Source: Raillietiella orientalis
Taxonomy: Eukaryota
Direction: 5' to 3'
Assembly (NCBI GenBank): GCA_036172245.1
Contig: JAYWIR010000024.1
Location: forward strand, 2,666,001 to 2,730,000
DNA length: 64,000 nt
The notes under the pieces are model-generated. The model was not told the DNA's origin. It searched no databases and worked only from the letters and a program-made list of their open reading frames with translations. Position numbers and translations under genes: made by a program. This document shows positions 37,500 through 49,991 of the stretch, piece by piece (the first letter of the stretch is position 1; every line of letters begins with the position of its first letter).

Positions 37500-39960
37500 T
37501 CGTTTACCAAAGAACAAGTACTTTTTTTCGGCATCCGTGAAAAAAATGGGAACACAGGTAGCTGCTGACCAGCCTGCTAGCCAGATGACTCTACTTTTCA
37601 TCTGTAGCTTTTAGCAGATGCCCTTCTCGTCAAGGTTCAAGTCCTTCTCGGATGGAATCCGAGAACGTCTGCCGAATATCACGAAGTCATTGATCTTCGA
37701 TCAAAATGCTGTCTGCTATTTATTTTATAAACAAACAAATCTCATCTCTTCACAGATGATGGGTGCTGTCATGCCCTCAAGATTCCAATCAAAGACTTGT
37801 AATGAGGATTTAAAGCCTCCTCAACACACATTGAAGATGAATGACGCGTATGCCAAGAATGATTCATTAAATGAGAGTCGCCATCTTCATAACTGGTTTC
37901 CAGTCTTCTTCTTCAGGATCGAACCTCCTCATGCATATGTTAAGTTTCCTCGATCGCGACTCTTGGATCTTCCTCTGAGAAAACCAATCGAATATTTAGA
38001 TCTGAGTACGTTCCAAGCATCGTATACGGCTCGCGAGCACTTACTTGCCAACACGCTCCGATGCACTTCTATTATAGATGCAGAAGGCAATGTGGAATAA
38101 AATTTCCATTCTCGGATGCGACTTTCATTTTTCTTTAATTTTTCGGTTTCCATGCTCTTTGGCAGAAGGAGAAGAAGAAAAACTAGCTTTGGCTCCCTCG
38201 ACCACGTGAAAAGATCCATTCATTCACCAGTGGTGCTAAGCATTCCCAATACGAGGAAAAAATGAAAAGCTAGTGCTTGGGGACGTGGCGCGTACGAAAG
38301 CGCCCATGGCATGTGACTTTTCTCCAGGTTGAAGGTGGGCTGCCATCGCACCGTCTGATACGCAACATACCTAGTGCAAGAATGGCCTCAGGGCTCTCCA
38401 CAAGCGATTCCATCTCAGCAACTGTTTGTTACTGTGGATGAAGCTCAAATCGCACCAAAGGATTCTTTGTCCGACTGTGACGCGAATAAATGGAGATTCC
38501 ATAGAGGGCGGCGAACAGTTCCGTAAAAGGAGGAACGCTTCGGCAAAAGGAGACGGAAATCCCGCTAATCAAAAACAGGCAAAAACCAGGAGTCACACTG
38601 ACGATTATTGCATCCAGTACCAAAAAAGTCACTTTTGACTTTTTGGTACTGGATGCAGTAATCTTCAGTGCTTGCGCAATTCCAGCGGCTGGAGCGAATT
38701 ATTGTAACTAGATGGCAGCGGAGCAAAAAATTAGATTAGAAATCAAATCTAGGATCATAACAAAAGTAACACCGACTGATGATGAGTCCATCCTTCAATT
38801 CTCCGTGATCCTTTGAGTCCAGGATCCGCCTTCGCTGTTTAATTATGGACAAGGAAGCATCCAGATCTTGCAAACAACTCGCAAGCCAACGAAGAAACTC
38901 GAGAGTTGTCTCGAGCGGATTGAATCAAATCTGAGGAGGCATGAAAACTTGATGAGCGTGGAACTTGATGACCTGGTTTTGATCTTCCCAGGATCTTCTT
39001 CTTCACTGTAGGCCAACTTCAAAAGTGTTAGCCATAAAGATTCCAGCTTTATTTTGCACGAGGAACCGTAGACGCTCCTCACCATCTCAACGAACTGCAC
39101 TTCCTGAATTTCACTATAGTCAGGGATTCAAAAGAGCGAATGGAATTTTCACTTCGAGGCCATCATGGGTGGTGACCCGTGATGATGCACCCCAAACCTT
39201 TCCATGGAGCTGCTTGCATCAACTAAATGCGGAATCTACAATTCTCGTCTTTCAATCCCAGAAAGGGTTTCCACGTTATGCTTTCTAACAACAGAGCGGA
39301 GCCGTCCTATGGTCCATGCTATCTGCACCTTCCGTGTGAGAGCCATAAAGTGATACAACCTCAGGGATGCTAGGCGAATTGCATCCTTTTTTGAACTCTT
39401 ATTCCGCATTATCTCCAAGAGGCCTTCAATCTTCTTCAGCGTCCTGATGCAAATGGGCAGTTCTGACTCTTGCCTAGTAACGTTCAGTACGACAATCATG
39501 CCTTCAACCAATCTCCTGTGCACTTGGAGATCCCGTTTGAAATCCAGCACAGGACGGACAGCTTCCACATGAAAAGATGATGTGATTCCAGCAAGTATGC
39601 TTTTTAGGGGACTCCTGCTCTCATGAAGGATTCGCAGCTTCTTTGTTAGAACCTCCATCTACGATTTGCAGCCAGGACGCTCTCAGATCAGCACTTCTGA
39701 TGCCATCAAAAATGATGCCTCCTCCTCTTCAAAGTATCAAAACATATCCTCGTTTCCTCATCATCAATGGAATGCATCGATTGTCCTATCCTCCAGATCA
39801 GAGCTACTCTTATTTGTTCCATGCTAACTTCCCTTATCTCACGAAAAGTCTTTCATGTTAGTCTCTCCACTTCTGGTACAAGATGTAGCAGGAGGAGAGA
39901 ATTTTCTATTAACATTGCATTTGTTACAGGGCTCTTTGAAGGACTTCCTTCCTAAGGGTT
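37500..39960 (-). pseudogene. NACHT NTPase (NLR-like) relic
   Basis: EGSPSKS (Walker A remnant ~39.94 kb), GIIFDGI (Walker B ~39.70 kb), ITSS, VETLSG, LWLTLL, FTELFAALY (winged-helix QEFFAALY-like) in correct order. Confidence 0.65.
38596..38670. repeat. near-perfect ~35-bp-arm hairpin
   Basis: cactgacgattattgcatccagtaccaaaaaagtca / tgactttttggtactggatgcagtaatcttcagtg. Confidence 0.85.
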
Positions 39961-40269
39961 AAGGACGGTACTATTTGGGGTTGGTATTTCTCAGTGAAAG
40001 CCCGTATTAATAAATTAATAATTACCACCTCCAACGAATTGATCATGTAACAACAATCAGTGTTCCTGGAAAAAAATCAATCGTGGGATTCCTAGGAAGG
40101 CGGAGAAGGAAAGGCGTTAGAAAACGAAAGGTTACGATGGAGTTGAGGAACAGATCACTAATCAGCTGAAACTGCATCATTTTCAATTCACAAAATATGT
40201 AATGCGAATCATTCAAAAATGGAGCCTTCCTTCCAAACTTTCGATTTTCATCCCCTTCTTTCCTTTAGA

Positions 40270-40560
40270 TCTGCATGTAACTCGGTTAAAGATCTCTCGA
40301 GTGCTCGAAACTGTTAGAAGGTTTCAGACTGTAAGCGTCACAATCTCAAAGTCGGGAGAATTCCTTCCAGGGAATGTACAAACCAGTTGGAATCAGAGGT
40401 CGTATCTGCGCATCTCCAAATACCAAAGTCTTGCGAAGAAGCAGAAAGAGATAAGAGATGTATTTGGCTTGAGCCTGTTTGACCGCGAACTGTTTAAAGA
40501 TCTCAGTCATGAATTGTAGAGGACAGCAGTCCAAACTTCGAACGAACGGTCCATTCTAGA
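40270..40560 (-). pseudogene. LRR module relic
   Basis: FEVWTAVLYNS*LRSL..RLWYLEMR..IPWKEFSRL remnants; shares agatctcagtcatgaa with 41073-41088. Confidence 0.35.
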
Positions 40561-40929
40561 GACGCAGGAACCTAACGAGTTCTTAACCAGAGGGTCAGGA
40601 ACAAAAGGAAACCAGGAAAAGAGCGACGAGTTTCGTCTCGGAGCACCTCTGAAAGGCGTGCCTCTCACTTACATATTCCATTCACAGAGCCAATGCGATG
40701 GGGAAAAGGCCGGAGTGATCAAAACGAACCCCGGAATCCCAGAAATGAAAGTGACGTCATGAATTTCTTTCTTCCTTTCTTTTTTCTTTTTAGAAAAGAA
40801 AAGGTCCGATTTTTCGATGGGTGCTTTGTGGCTGGCATTACTGCAAGTCATTGACGTGGGATGACGTGCCCTCTTTATTCATCATGCTTTCGACAAATTT
40901 TTCTTCTTTTTTTTTTTTCTTTTTCACAC

Positions 40930-41330
40930 ACTGAGACGTCCATTACCCGCACATTTCAACATGAACGCCCACGAGGATGTGTTCGTTAGGTGGTCGTTCC
41001 CAGTGCTATCCGGAATTCCCAAGGAGCACACTCGTGCACATCTGGCGCAAGAGGACGAGAGAACTCCCCGACAGATCTCAGTCATGAACTGTAGGGAGAG
41101 GATAGGGAGAACGGGGAAGTCTTCGAACACCCTTCGAACAAACAATCCATTAGCGAGTCACAGAAGTCAAGCAGCTTCCCAATAAGAGAGCCAGGAATAC
41201 CAGGGAACCGGTGGAAAGCCCATCGCAACAAGTTTCGTCTCTCCCGAGAACGCCTTAATGACTCTTGTTGATAGGTGATGTAGCGATAGTCGATCAGCAT
41301 CCCTACGGTGTGCAGCAGCAAGAAGAGTCA
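40930..41330 (-). pseudogene. LRR module relic
   Basis: VFEDFPVLPILSLQFMTEI in ORF 40924..41145. Confidence 0.4.
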
Positions 41331-41607
41331 AGCAATTGCCCCAAGCTAATTCTGATTTTTTTTGCCTCTTCGTGGGGATGCAGAGCACTTCTGCAGATTC
41401 CCTGCTCCAAAGCAGATCTTCGATTTTCACTCTACCCCTGTGAGGATCCCGAGGATTCTTGGGTTGCTCCCAAGAAAAGATGCCCTGTAAGAAGGATCTT
41501 CCCTTCCAGATTCGGGTAGCGCTATTTATTCAATGCAGCCATCGTTTTTTTTTTTTTTTCTTCTAATCCGAACTTTTTTTTTCCTTTTACATTTTGTGAC
41601 CGCTTTC

Positions 41608-42340
41608 GGAGGTCGTGTGGTTACGGTGGTCTCCGAGCGTGGCACCATTCGTCGTGGGTTCAAATACTCCGAAGGAATCGACGCAGTCGTGCGTCATGGG
41701 TCCCGAGTTAACCCCACAAGATGACGCTGGTTGACCCACATTCATCCGGGTGCGGCACTGGTAGCGGTTAAAACCGGATGCTCCCCGATGAAGGCGGGAC
41801 AAATGGGAGTCGACCTCCGGGTCCTTCCAGGAATCACGGAGTGGAAGTTCCCCTCCGCTTGTGAAGGAGCAGACCCCCCATTCCGGGGGGGATCCCTTCG
41901 CGTCGGACTGATGGAGTAGGTGTGTCGCCACCCCCTCTCCAGGGAGTGCAGAGACGCGAGCCGATCCCTTCGGGGAAGCTGCGTCCTTCTGAATTTCGGA
42001 AGCGTCACCTTCTGGGTTCTCTTCAGAGGAGTAAAAACAGGATCGGATCCCTTCCGTGTTCCCTTCAGAGAAGGAAAACCGGAGCGGACCCCTCCAAGGG
42101 TCTCTTCGGACAGAATAAGGAAGGAGATTTTCCTTCGGGATTCCCCTTCGGAGACAACCAGGGTGGAGGTGATCCCTATTTCCGGGGATCCCTCCACAGG
42201 CGTGAGAGGAACGGACTCCGAGTCCTTCCTGGATTCATAGGGCGAAACCCTCCTGGGGTACTCCCTATCTTGAAGACTACCCACCCTCGGGTGGCGTGGA
42301 ACCGTGTCGAAGAACTGCGAAGACAGAAAGGGATTTCCAT
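41608..42340 (+). mobile_element. SINE-like repeat, copy D
   Basis: Head gtgtggttacggtgg (A-box-like) and gggttcaaat (B-box-like); shared body blocks. Confidence 0.75.
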
Positions 42341-42399
42341 GATGGAAGTCCTTCTTCGCTTTCAGCTTTTTTGGGGAGGGTTCGCTGAGCACCTCAAGA

Positions 42400-43065
42400 A
42401 CAGCGTCCCACGCAGCTATTTGAGACTGCTCCCCACCCCACCCGAGGGTACCTGTATGAATTCTTCAAAATCCCTGGGAGGGACCGCCACTCAATCCTGG
42501 GGAGGCATCCCCGAAGGAAACCTCCCAACCCTGGTCGTCTCCGAAGGGACCCCGGAAGAGAATCCTCGCCTTCTTTACTCTCTCCAGAGGGACCCCGAAG
42601 GGGTCCGCTCCATGTTTTCTTCTCCGAAGGAAACCCGCAAGGGAACCTCTTCTGTTTACTCCTCTGAAGGGAACCCCGAAGGGACGCTTCCAAAATTCAG
42701 AAGGGCTCTCCCCGAAGAAAGTGACACGTTTCTCTGGAACTCTAGAGATGTGGCGACACACCTGCTCTACGGAGGGTCCCCCCCAAAGGGACGCCCCGTC
42801 CGCTCCTATGCACAACCGGAGGGGAACTCCCACTCCTTGATTCCTGGAAGGGACCCGGAGGTCGACTGCCGTTGTGGGACCTCGTCGGGGGCATACAGTT
42901 TGAACCACTACTGGGAGCCGTCCACGGAATCAGGTCGAACAGCGTTATCTCGCGGGTCTCCGACTCGAACCCACAACGCGCACAAACTCTTTGCGTCGAT
43001 TCTTGCCGAGTATTCGAACTCGCAACGCCGAGTGCCACACGCGGAGACCGTAACCACATGGCCTC
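42400..43065 (-). mobile_element. SINE-like repeat, copy E
   Basis: Reverse complement begins gaggccatgtggttacggtctcc..gagttcgaat; second gggttcgag box; shared body. Confidence 0.75.
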
Positions 43066-43329
43066 AGATGCGGGTCATACGCGAATGTAAAGCTGAACTC
43101 CCGTTTTTTACATTCTTGGATGTTCTTACAACTTTTTTTTAAAAAAAAAAAAAAAAACCTAAATGCTCTGTGCACTTTGATTAGAAAGCGTACTGGTCAT
43201 TTAGATCACAAAGTACGCCATCAGCAACGAAACCTTAGCGATAGCAATGGATGAGGTCTGTGAAGAGCTTTCTCTGAGAAAAGCTGAGAGAAGAATCGCA
43301 AGCTGAGAAGGTCAGATCACGGAATTTTT

Positions 43330-43780
43330 CTGAGTGGACCCGCATCTCACTGTCTCTCACCGTGGAACTGGTTGCCGAGGGAACCAGCGTTCATAGCGGT
43401 GGGAGTTGCAGCCAAGCCATGCCGCTCGCTCCGGGACGGCACACCTCTCCTACAGGATGCCCCCGAAAGCGCGGCGAGATCCCAAACGAAAGCACAGGAA
43501 CGTGCGTTCAGGAGCGTTAAAACTCCAGCAAGGAACACGTGCACTCTTGAACAGCCCCGTCTAGCCCCGGCAGCTGGGACTTTCGACCGCTGGAGCTCCA
43601 AGCAGCCGTCGCCACTTTGTGGCGCGGCGGCGGCTCCGGAGGACGGCCGTTCTCGTAGTTCCACCCAAGATGATCGTGGCAGCAGGATGGCTTCACCTGC
43701 ATCCCGGAATCAAGGAAGACACCACCCCGGATAGAGGGAAGGCTATGAGGAAAACGCAGAAGGCTATGAGGACGCTCCCT
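43330..43780 (-). mobile_element. non-LTR RT fragment (L1-like)
   Basis: GARRGCSRVHVFLAGVLTLL (ORF 43347..43664) resembles GVRQGCPLSxxLFxxxLEPLL. Confidence 0.4.
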
Positions 43781-43829
43781 CTTCCTTTCCCGGGGAAGAC
43801 ACAAACGTTTCCCCTCCGTGTTTCCGTTT

Positions 43830-44470
43830 CCCCATTGCCGCCTGAACCTCTCCTAACTTTTACGCTTGGGAGGCGACCTTGGAGGGTACCTCTCCCTGCC
43901 TCCGAAGAGCACTCAAAGGGAATCTCTTCCTTATTCTCTCCGGAGGGAACCCGGAAAGGATCCGCTCCTGGAATTTCTTCTCCAGAGAAATCCGCAAGGG
44001 AACTGCTGCGTTTCCTCCTGTGAAGGGAGCCCCGAAAAGAACGCTTCCAAATTTCTCTGAAGGGAGCAGTACGTTTCTTACACTCTGGAGATGCAACTCC
44101 CAGAGGGGGGTACCAACCAGCTCGCTGCTACGAAATAAACCTCCGAAATGAGGGGAGAGGTAAGTACGGCTCTATTTTCACAACCGGAGAGAGGAACCCC
44201 GAAGGGAACGGGCTCCTTGATTCCTGAAAGAAACCACTTCCAATCCCGGCCAATCGATTGGAGCACCCGACTTCCTCCAGTGCCCCCCTCCTTCCCCCCC
44301 CCCGTCCTCAGAGTCTACAGGCCAGCCACAAGCATCGTCCTGCCGGAGGGACTTGAAATCCATGGTGCATGCACTTCTCAGCTTCGATCCTTCCGCCGGT
44401 GGGATTTGAACCCGCAAAGCTTTGGTACCACGCGCGCAGACACCGCAGTCGCACGGCAGGCAATGCGGCC
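43830..44470 (-). mobile_element. SINE-like repeat, copy F
   Basis: B-box-like gggttcaaatccc (reverse complement of 44401-44413); body blocks acgcttccaaattt and aaccggag..gaac shared with copy E. Confidence 0.65.
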
Positions 44471-44489
44471 AGCACCTCCTAACTGAGCG

Positions 44490-45232
44490 AATTTTCTCTT
44501 GGGTGACGGTCTGCGCTCGTCGGCTTGTGCCTCCCCCCTGGTGCTCATGGATACCCTCCCCCTCCCGCTGAAGTGGCAGGAGTCGGCGCTATTGGTGCTG
44601 CACTGGAGGTCTCCCGTGCAACGCCCGCCGCCATCGCTGGACGCGGGGGGGGGGAGTGGACCCCAACTGTGTCAGGTGCAGGGAACATGAATCCCTCCCC
44701 CACCTGTTAGTGGACTGTGTTGCCCTCCGGCCCCTCTGGTAACGCTTTGCCACGGCCCTGGGAACCCCCGGAGGCAACTCCAGGGACGCTTTAAAACTCC
44801 TCTTCGTTCGCAATGCCCTCCGACCTCGTAGGCAGCACAGGGCTGCCTACGAGGGATCGTCGTTCCTTGGGGTAAAGCAACGGGAGGATCCAGCGACAGG
44901 GATGCCATCCACTTTGCCATCCGATTCATCAGGATAGCAGCGCGGTGGCCTCACCTGGAAATCAACATGCAGCAAGACCTTGCCGACATCCTAGAGAGGA
45001 TGGACCGGACTGCCACCAGCAGACAGTGATCCTTTCCCGCATCCCCTCGAAGTGTATTTATTTTTTTCTCTTTGTTTGCTCCCTCTCCTCTGCTGCTGTG
45101 GTGGACCGCGCCGATTCGCGAACCGGTAGCCCGGCAAATCTCCATGAAATGGTGCGTGGTTGGACCACTGGTCCAAACATAGTTCATGTTACATGTTTGT
45201 CCTTGAAATAAACTCCCCGGCATACCCGGGTG
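44490..45232 (+). mobile_element. L1/Tx1-like 3' fragment
   Basis: LPLKWQESALLVLHW, HLLVDC; ends aataaa + ccccggcatacccggg. Confidence 0.7.
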
Positions 45233-45699
45233 GAAATCGGCTCGTGCCTCCAGGGCAGGTGAGGGTGAGTTCACCTATTTCGAATGAACGTCCCAGCGTG
45301 ACCGGGCTTAAGGCGACCACGAAGTTGGACACGCTGACGATACCCTAAAGGCTGTGAGAAATCCCCATCCTTGCACTTCTTCATCAGATCCTGAATCTCT
45401 CAGATAAAGCATGCAGCGACAATCGAGGGACTCAACTGGAAAAGGACAAACGTCTTCCAAAAGAAAAACTACAGCCAGTGATGAAACATCGTTCTTCATG
45501 AACTTCAAAGGAAAGAAGAGTCAAAACACCGACATGGTGTTTCACAATGATGCAATCCGAGAGCTTCTGGGTGTGCCTCTTCTGCGGCTGAATGGCCAGC
45601 GTTGTGGCTGATGAGCAAATGGAAAGTGAGTTGCGAGTTGCTGTCCTTTGAAGATGCACCTTCTGTCTCCTGGAGAACCTGGAGCTTTGAAAATTCCGG

Positions 45700-46400
45700 C
45701 TTCGTGGCAGTAGGAAACGATGCGCAGCAGTGGATGTGCGCAGCAGCAGCTTTGGTAACACTTCTATACAACCGAACGATCGTTGCTTCGAGAACATTCT
45801 GTCTGCAGGTGTTTGCGGCAGACGCGAGCCAAACAAGGTGGGCGTGAGCCAAGCACCCCCCTTACCCTTCTGCGGGATTCCAGATGATCGGCTCTCCGGC
45901 CAAGTTGAACAAGTGCAGTGGTGCAGGCGGCTCTTTCTGTGTTGGCGTTTCTGATTTGGGAATCTCACGGGAAGGAGCCGAAGCCTCTCTTCGAAGAACG
46001 CGTTCCAGATAGCAGGCTGAAGAGTTCGGATCGAGTCAGCACTTCTTGAGCCAAAGCAAGCACTCGGGACGAGGTCAAGAGAAACGGTTCCTGGGGATCA
46101 CTCGTCAGGCCGCAACTGCGGGATTATTTGAATCCTAACTGAAAAAGCCGAAAAGAGGGAAGCATTTTCCTGAATGTTCGAAAGCTCTTTCGGATGAAAA
46201 ATTCTTCCGCCGACCTTTTCCAGGGGGAAAGAAAAAAAATGGACTGCAAAAAATTGTGCACGAACGTGGGGAAAGTGTTTGAGGAATACTTGAAAACGCG
46301 AACCGATCTTCACGGCCATTCATCTCTTGGAGATGCTCTTTTGGATTCCTTTATTCGTTTTATGGATCCGTGCATTGAAACCTAGAAGACGCGACACGTT
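45700..46400 (-). pseudogene. caspase domain relic
   Basis: CSTWPESRSSGIPQKG..AWL in ORF 45432..45968 (p10 STxPGxxSxRxPxxGSWF-like); upstream p20 very eroded. Confidence 0.4.
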
Positions 46401-46449
46401 GTGGAGCAGAATTCAGGTCTGACCAGTTCCGTCATTCATGGAATGTCCA

Positions 46450-47060
46450 TCCTTCCCTCTCTTTGGTTTCCCTCTGTTATGTTTGCATTTAAGTGTTCCT
46501 TTCCACTCCACCTCCCCTTAATTTTTGCTCTTCGGTCTGGAACCGAAAAATCAAGGCGTCTTTTTTCCCAATAAATCCACAGTTGGCTGCAGGAGAGCGA
46601 AAGGCAGCTGCTGGCGAAGAAGCATGCTCTGTGTGTGTCCAGAGATCGAGTATGCCAAGTGAGCATCTTTGATGTTTATTAAGACTGGATTATTTGTGAT
46701 CCTGTTCCTTCCTCCGTGCTCAGGACTGAGACTTGCCATCTTTTCTTTTTCCATTATCCACGTGTGTTACACAGGGGCTCTCCCCTTAATCTCCTGCTAC
46801 CAGCTCTAGGTCTCCTTCGCCATCAGGCAATAAGCAAAGAGAGGCATTCGATTCCTCCGTCCACTTCGGGTAGCGCAAGCTGACGAAACTTGTCGTCGAC
46901 CCAGAAAGTGCTTCCGTAAGAATTTATGAAGGGCTCGAGTCAGCGTGATCACGCGTGCAGCTTCCGAGGTGACGATTCCGACCAAACAGCTTCTTCAGCC
47001 ACACCGGCTGGTCTTCATTAAAAAAATTCCTGGCACAAGATAGGAGTGGCTCCTTGATTT
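46450..47060 (-). pseudogene. caspase domain relic (p20)
   Basis: ARNFFNED..NRHLGSCTRD (IFNNExF..RxGSxxD-like), LFAYCLMA, CFFASSC. Confidence 0.5.
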
Positions 47061-47899
47061 AGGCTCTCCCGCGTCGGTCTTTTTCCGATGCGTTTTTGAC
47101 AGTCCACCGGGGTCGATTGGAGTTACGTTTGCCCTCGAAATCAGCAAAGTCACTGTTCTTATTCCAGAGTGGTTGCGCCATCATCTCGTGGTTTCGGCTT
47201 TCGGTTTAGCGTTGCAGCTCGGGCGTTCGTTGTCAGATACAAAGTCGCCGGTTGTGAATCATCCACTCAAGACTCAGTGGTTTTTGAAACCAGAAATGGA
47301 GAACCGCATCAAGAACAACAGAAAGATGCGACTGACCTTGAACAATCTACAGGAAGACAGGACATATGTGTTGGTGACAGGGAAAAGTTGAGAACAAAAA
47401 GTTTTCGGTGACGGTGAAAACTCGGGATTGGAATCCTCATCACTTGCAAGGTTTTCACGTTTCCAGATTCCCTACGCTAAATTCATGTCATGAATTCCCA
47501 TTCATAGGTTTTTGACCTTCACTTGCCTGGTTTCCATAGTGGCTGCAGAAATTTCCGCGGATTTTTCCACCTATCTGTTTTGCAACGGATTGGCATCTGT
47601 GATTTTATATTCGTCTCCATCCACACCGTCGTCCGTCCCCCATCTATGGTCCCTTCACGAAATCTCAGTCCCTTTCCGATCCGCAGACGGTTCTGTTTGT
47701 CTCCTGAATTCCACCGTGCCACTGATTTCATCCTCTTTTTCAAACAGGAGGATGGACTTGGAATCTCAATACCAGTAACCGGCGATTCCAAGCAGAGCAA
47801 ATAGAGGAACAAATAGGAGAGCATGCTTTTCTGGTCGAAGGAACCCAGGAACGTTTTGTCTGTTCATTAATTTTTGATTTCCGGGATAATTGCGGTCGA

Positions 47900-48600
47900 C
47901 CTTTTCGAACGGGCATTTCGAATTCATTGGGAGGGCTACTCGCGTGATCAAAGCACCACCTATGTACAGAAACCACCTGACTGAAGAATTGCTCCTCCGT
48001 CCGGGAAACCAGCATCCACGTGGGAAGTGTTCTGTCACTGTGTACGTTTATTTCGTGGAGAGCCACCCACGTGTCTTCGACACAAGAGTAAGCGCAGGTG
48101 CGACGAACGCATCCCCAAGTCTTCCTTCCCATCAAAAAGCATGTGCAGCGGCAACGTATGTTCCAGTAGCATCAAGGGAGCTGCAGCAAGATGGCTTTTA
48201 AATGGCTTCGCAAACACGAAAAGCCACGTGTGAGCAGAGTGTTGTGCTGCAGCCATCCGGAGTGTTTTTAGGATCCTTCCAGTATTCAGAAAGCACCTTG
48301 TAATCATCTCGTGAAGCCAGGAAGCACTTCATCTCGTGAAGCGTTCGCGCTGCTCTGTAGCCCCGACAACAGCAAGTCCATTCCAAGTGTAACACACTGT
48401 ACAGGTTGCTGAATGCCTGCAGATAACCCTGATCGTCTGTACATTCATTTGAGCATCGTCCGTGCAGTGCACTCCAAGGGACTGCGCTACTGTTGAATGC
48501 GGTGCCGTGGTGTCCACTCTTCGGAGGAGGTGAGGAGTGAGTGTCTCTGAGAAGCGAGAGCTTTCCAAGAGACCCAGCACACGATGAACTCACACGATTC
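47900..48600 (-). pseudogene. ankyrin-repeat relic
   Basis: DTTAPH, DAQMNVQT, TLRMAAA, TLPLHM, VALHE remnants recurring at roughly repeat-length spacing. Confidence 0.45.
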
Positions 48601-49991
48601 TGGTCCTCGCAGTTCTTTTTCAACGGGTTATGTCTCAGGTTACCAAGTCACCGCTATGCCGACCTCGGAGAGGAATACGCTGGTTTTTCTTGCACAAAAT
48701 CCGAAAGAAAAAGGAACTCGCACTTGATGTTTTTTTTTTTAAAAAAAAAAAAAACATGCCGCCGCAACCAAAATATTTGATCAAGTATACCAAATAATTT
48801 ATCCATCTCTTGAAGGAAAGGTCATTCATTCTCAGGATCGCAATAAGGATGGGGAAAAGATTAGCGTAGTTAAGATGTTATCTTTATCTTCAAGGGGCAA
48901 ATTGTTAGGCTGCTTGATTTATTCATATTCCTTTAAACTGTCGTAAAAGAGCATTAGGTTTTATTTTTATTTCTTCTTCCTTTATAGGTGTCATGCAAAA
49001 TGAGGCGCGTTCCAAACATAGAAAGATCACACACTCTTCTAGGACGGAGTTGCATTTTCCATAGGTTTGCTTTCCCGACGTCACACACAAAACAAGTTCG
49101 AAGATTGCATTTCTAAAAATCTTAGAACTCAGCGAGCAGGAAGATCCTCACAATGTATCTTTCTGGATGGCCCAACGTTTGTGTATCATTTTTGAAAGCC
49201 ACGCGTACTGACCTCAGTCTCTGCGTGGGTGTGTTCGGTTCACGTGTTGCAACTCCCTACCTTTCCAGCATCGCACGCTGACTTCAGCCGAACACGTTGC
49301 CATTTTCTTTCCGATATCCTTCCGGTTCACCGAACAGCTAGCAGCAATCGTTCTCCGGGTCACAGGTTCACACCACTGCTTCTGCTTTCCAGCAGCAACT
49401 CTTAGGGAACTAAGAGGGCCTCTCTTGGCAGTAGATCGAGCCACGGCATGGCTATTTCTTGTCATTTCGACGAGCGTACAGTGGAAAAATCAAACGAGTG
49501 GGGACATTGACAAAAGACTCTGCAGAAGATAAAACTGAGAAATCCAGAAAAGTCTGTGGGAAACTTTCGGCACGCCCTCTCCTTTCCAATGTCTTCGAAT
49601 GCTGTCACGTTCCCAACGCTGGTTTTTATTTAGGCTCACCATCGAACTCTTTTAGGCAACCGCCAGTACAAGAGTAAATGAGATTGAGATTCATGCCTTT
49701 TTACTCCTATTTCGGAAATGACTTTAGTAGAAAATCTTTTGCCTGTCATGAACTTACATCGGCAGTTCTCTTCCAGAGAAGAGGATGGAACCTCCATCCT
49801 TTCGATGCCTTGTCACTCACTATGTGAGGTTTGTAATCACTCACTGAGCGTTCTTATTTAGTCTTGGTCAGCTGATAAGAACGGAACTGCACCAAACACG
49901 TTAACACACATGACGTATCATGCCCACACATAGCATGCAATATAGAAGAATATGGAACATCCGTATATGCACTACTGCCATTTCTGCGTTG

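Noticed and set aside
41608..41680. tRNA gene candidates at SINE heads
   Set aside because: A/B-box-like motifs only; no cloverleaf, and they continue into the repeat body.
42480..42720. Regularly spaced palindromic repeats suggesting a CRISPR array
   Set aside because: Units are degenerate, lack unique spacers, recur in each SINE copy, and the context is eukaryotic with no cas genes.
41922..43142. Longest ORF (406 aa)
   Set aside because: Spans two inverted SINE copies; repetitive G/P/S/R-rich translation with no domain, so a by-product of GC-rich repeats.
45608..45625. CTGATGAG...GAAA hammerhead candidate
   Set aside because: The intervening bases cannot form stem II and I see no stems I/III.
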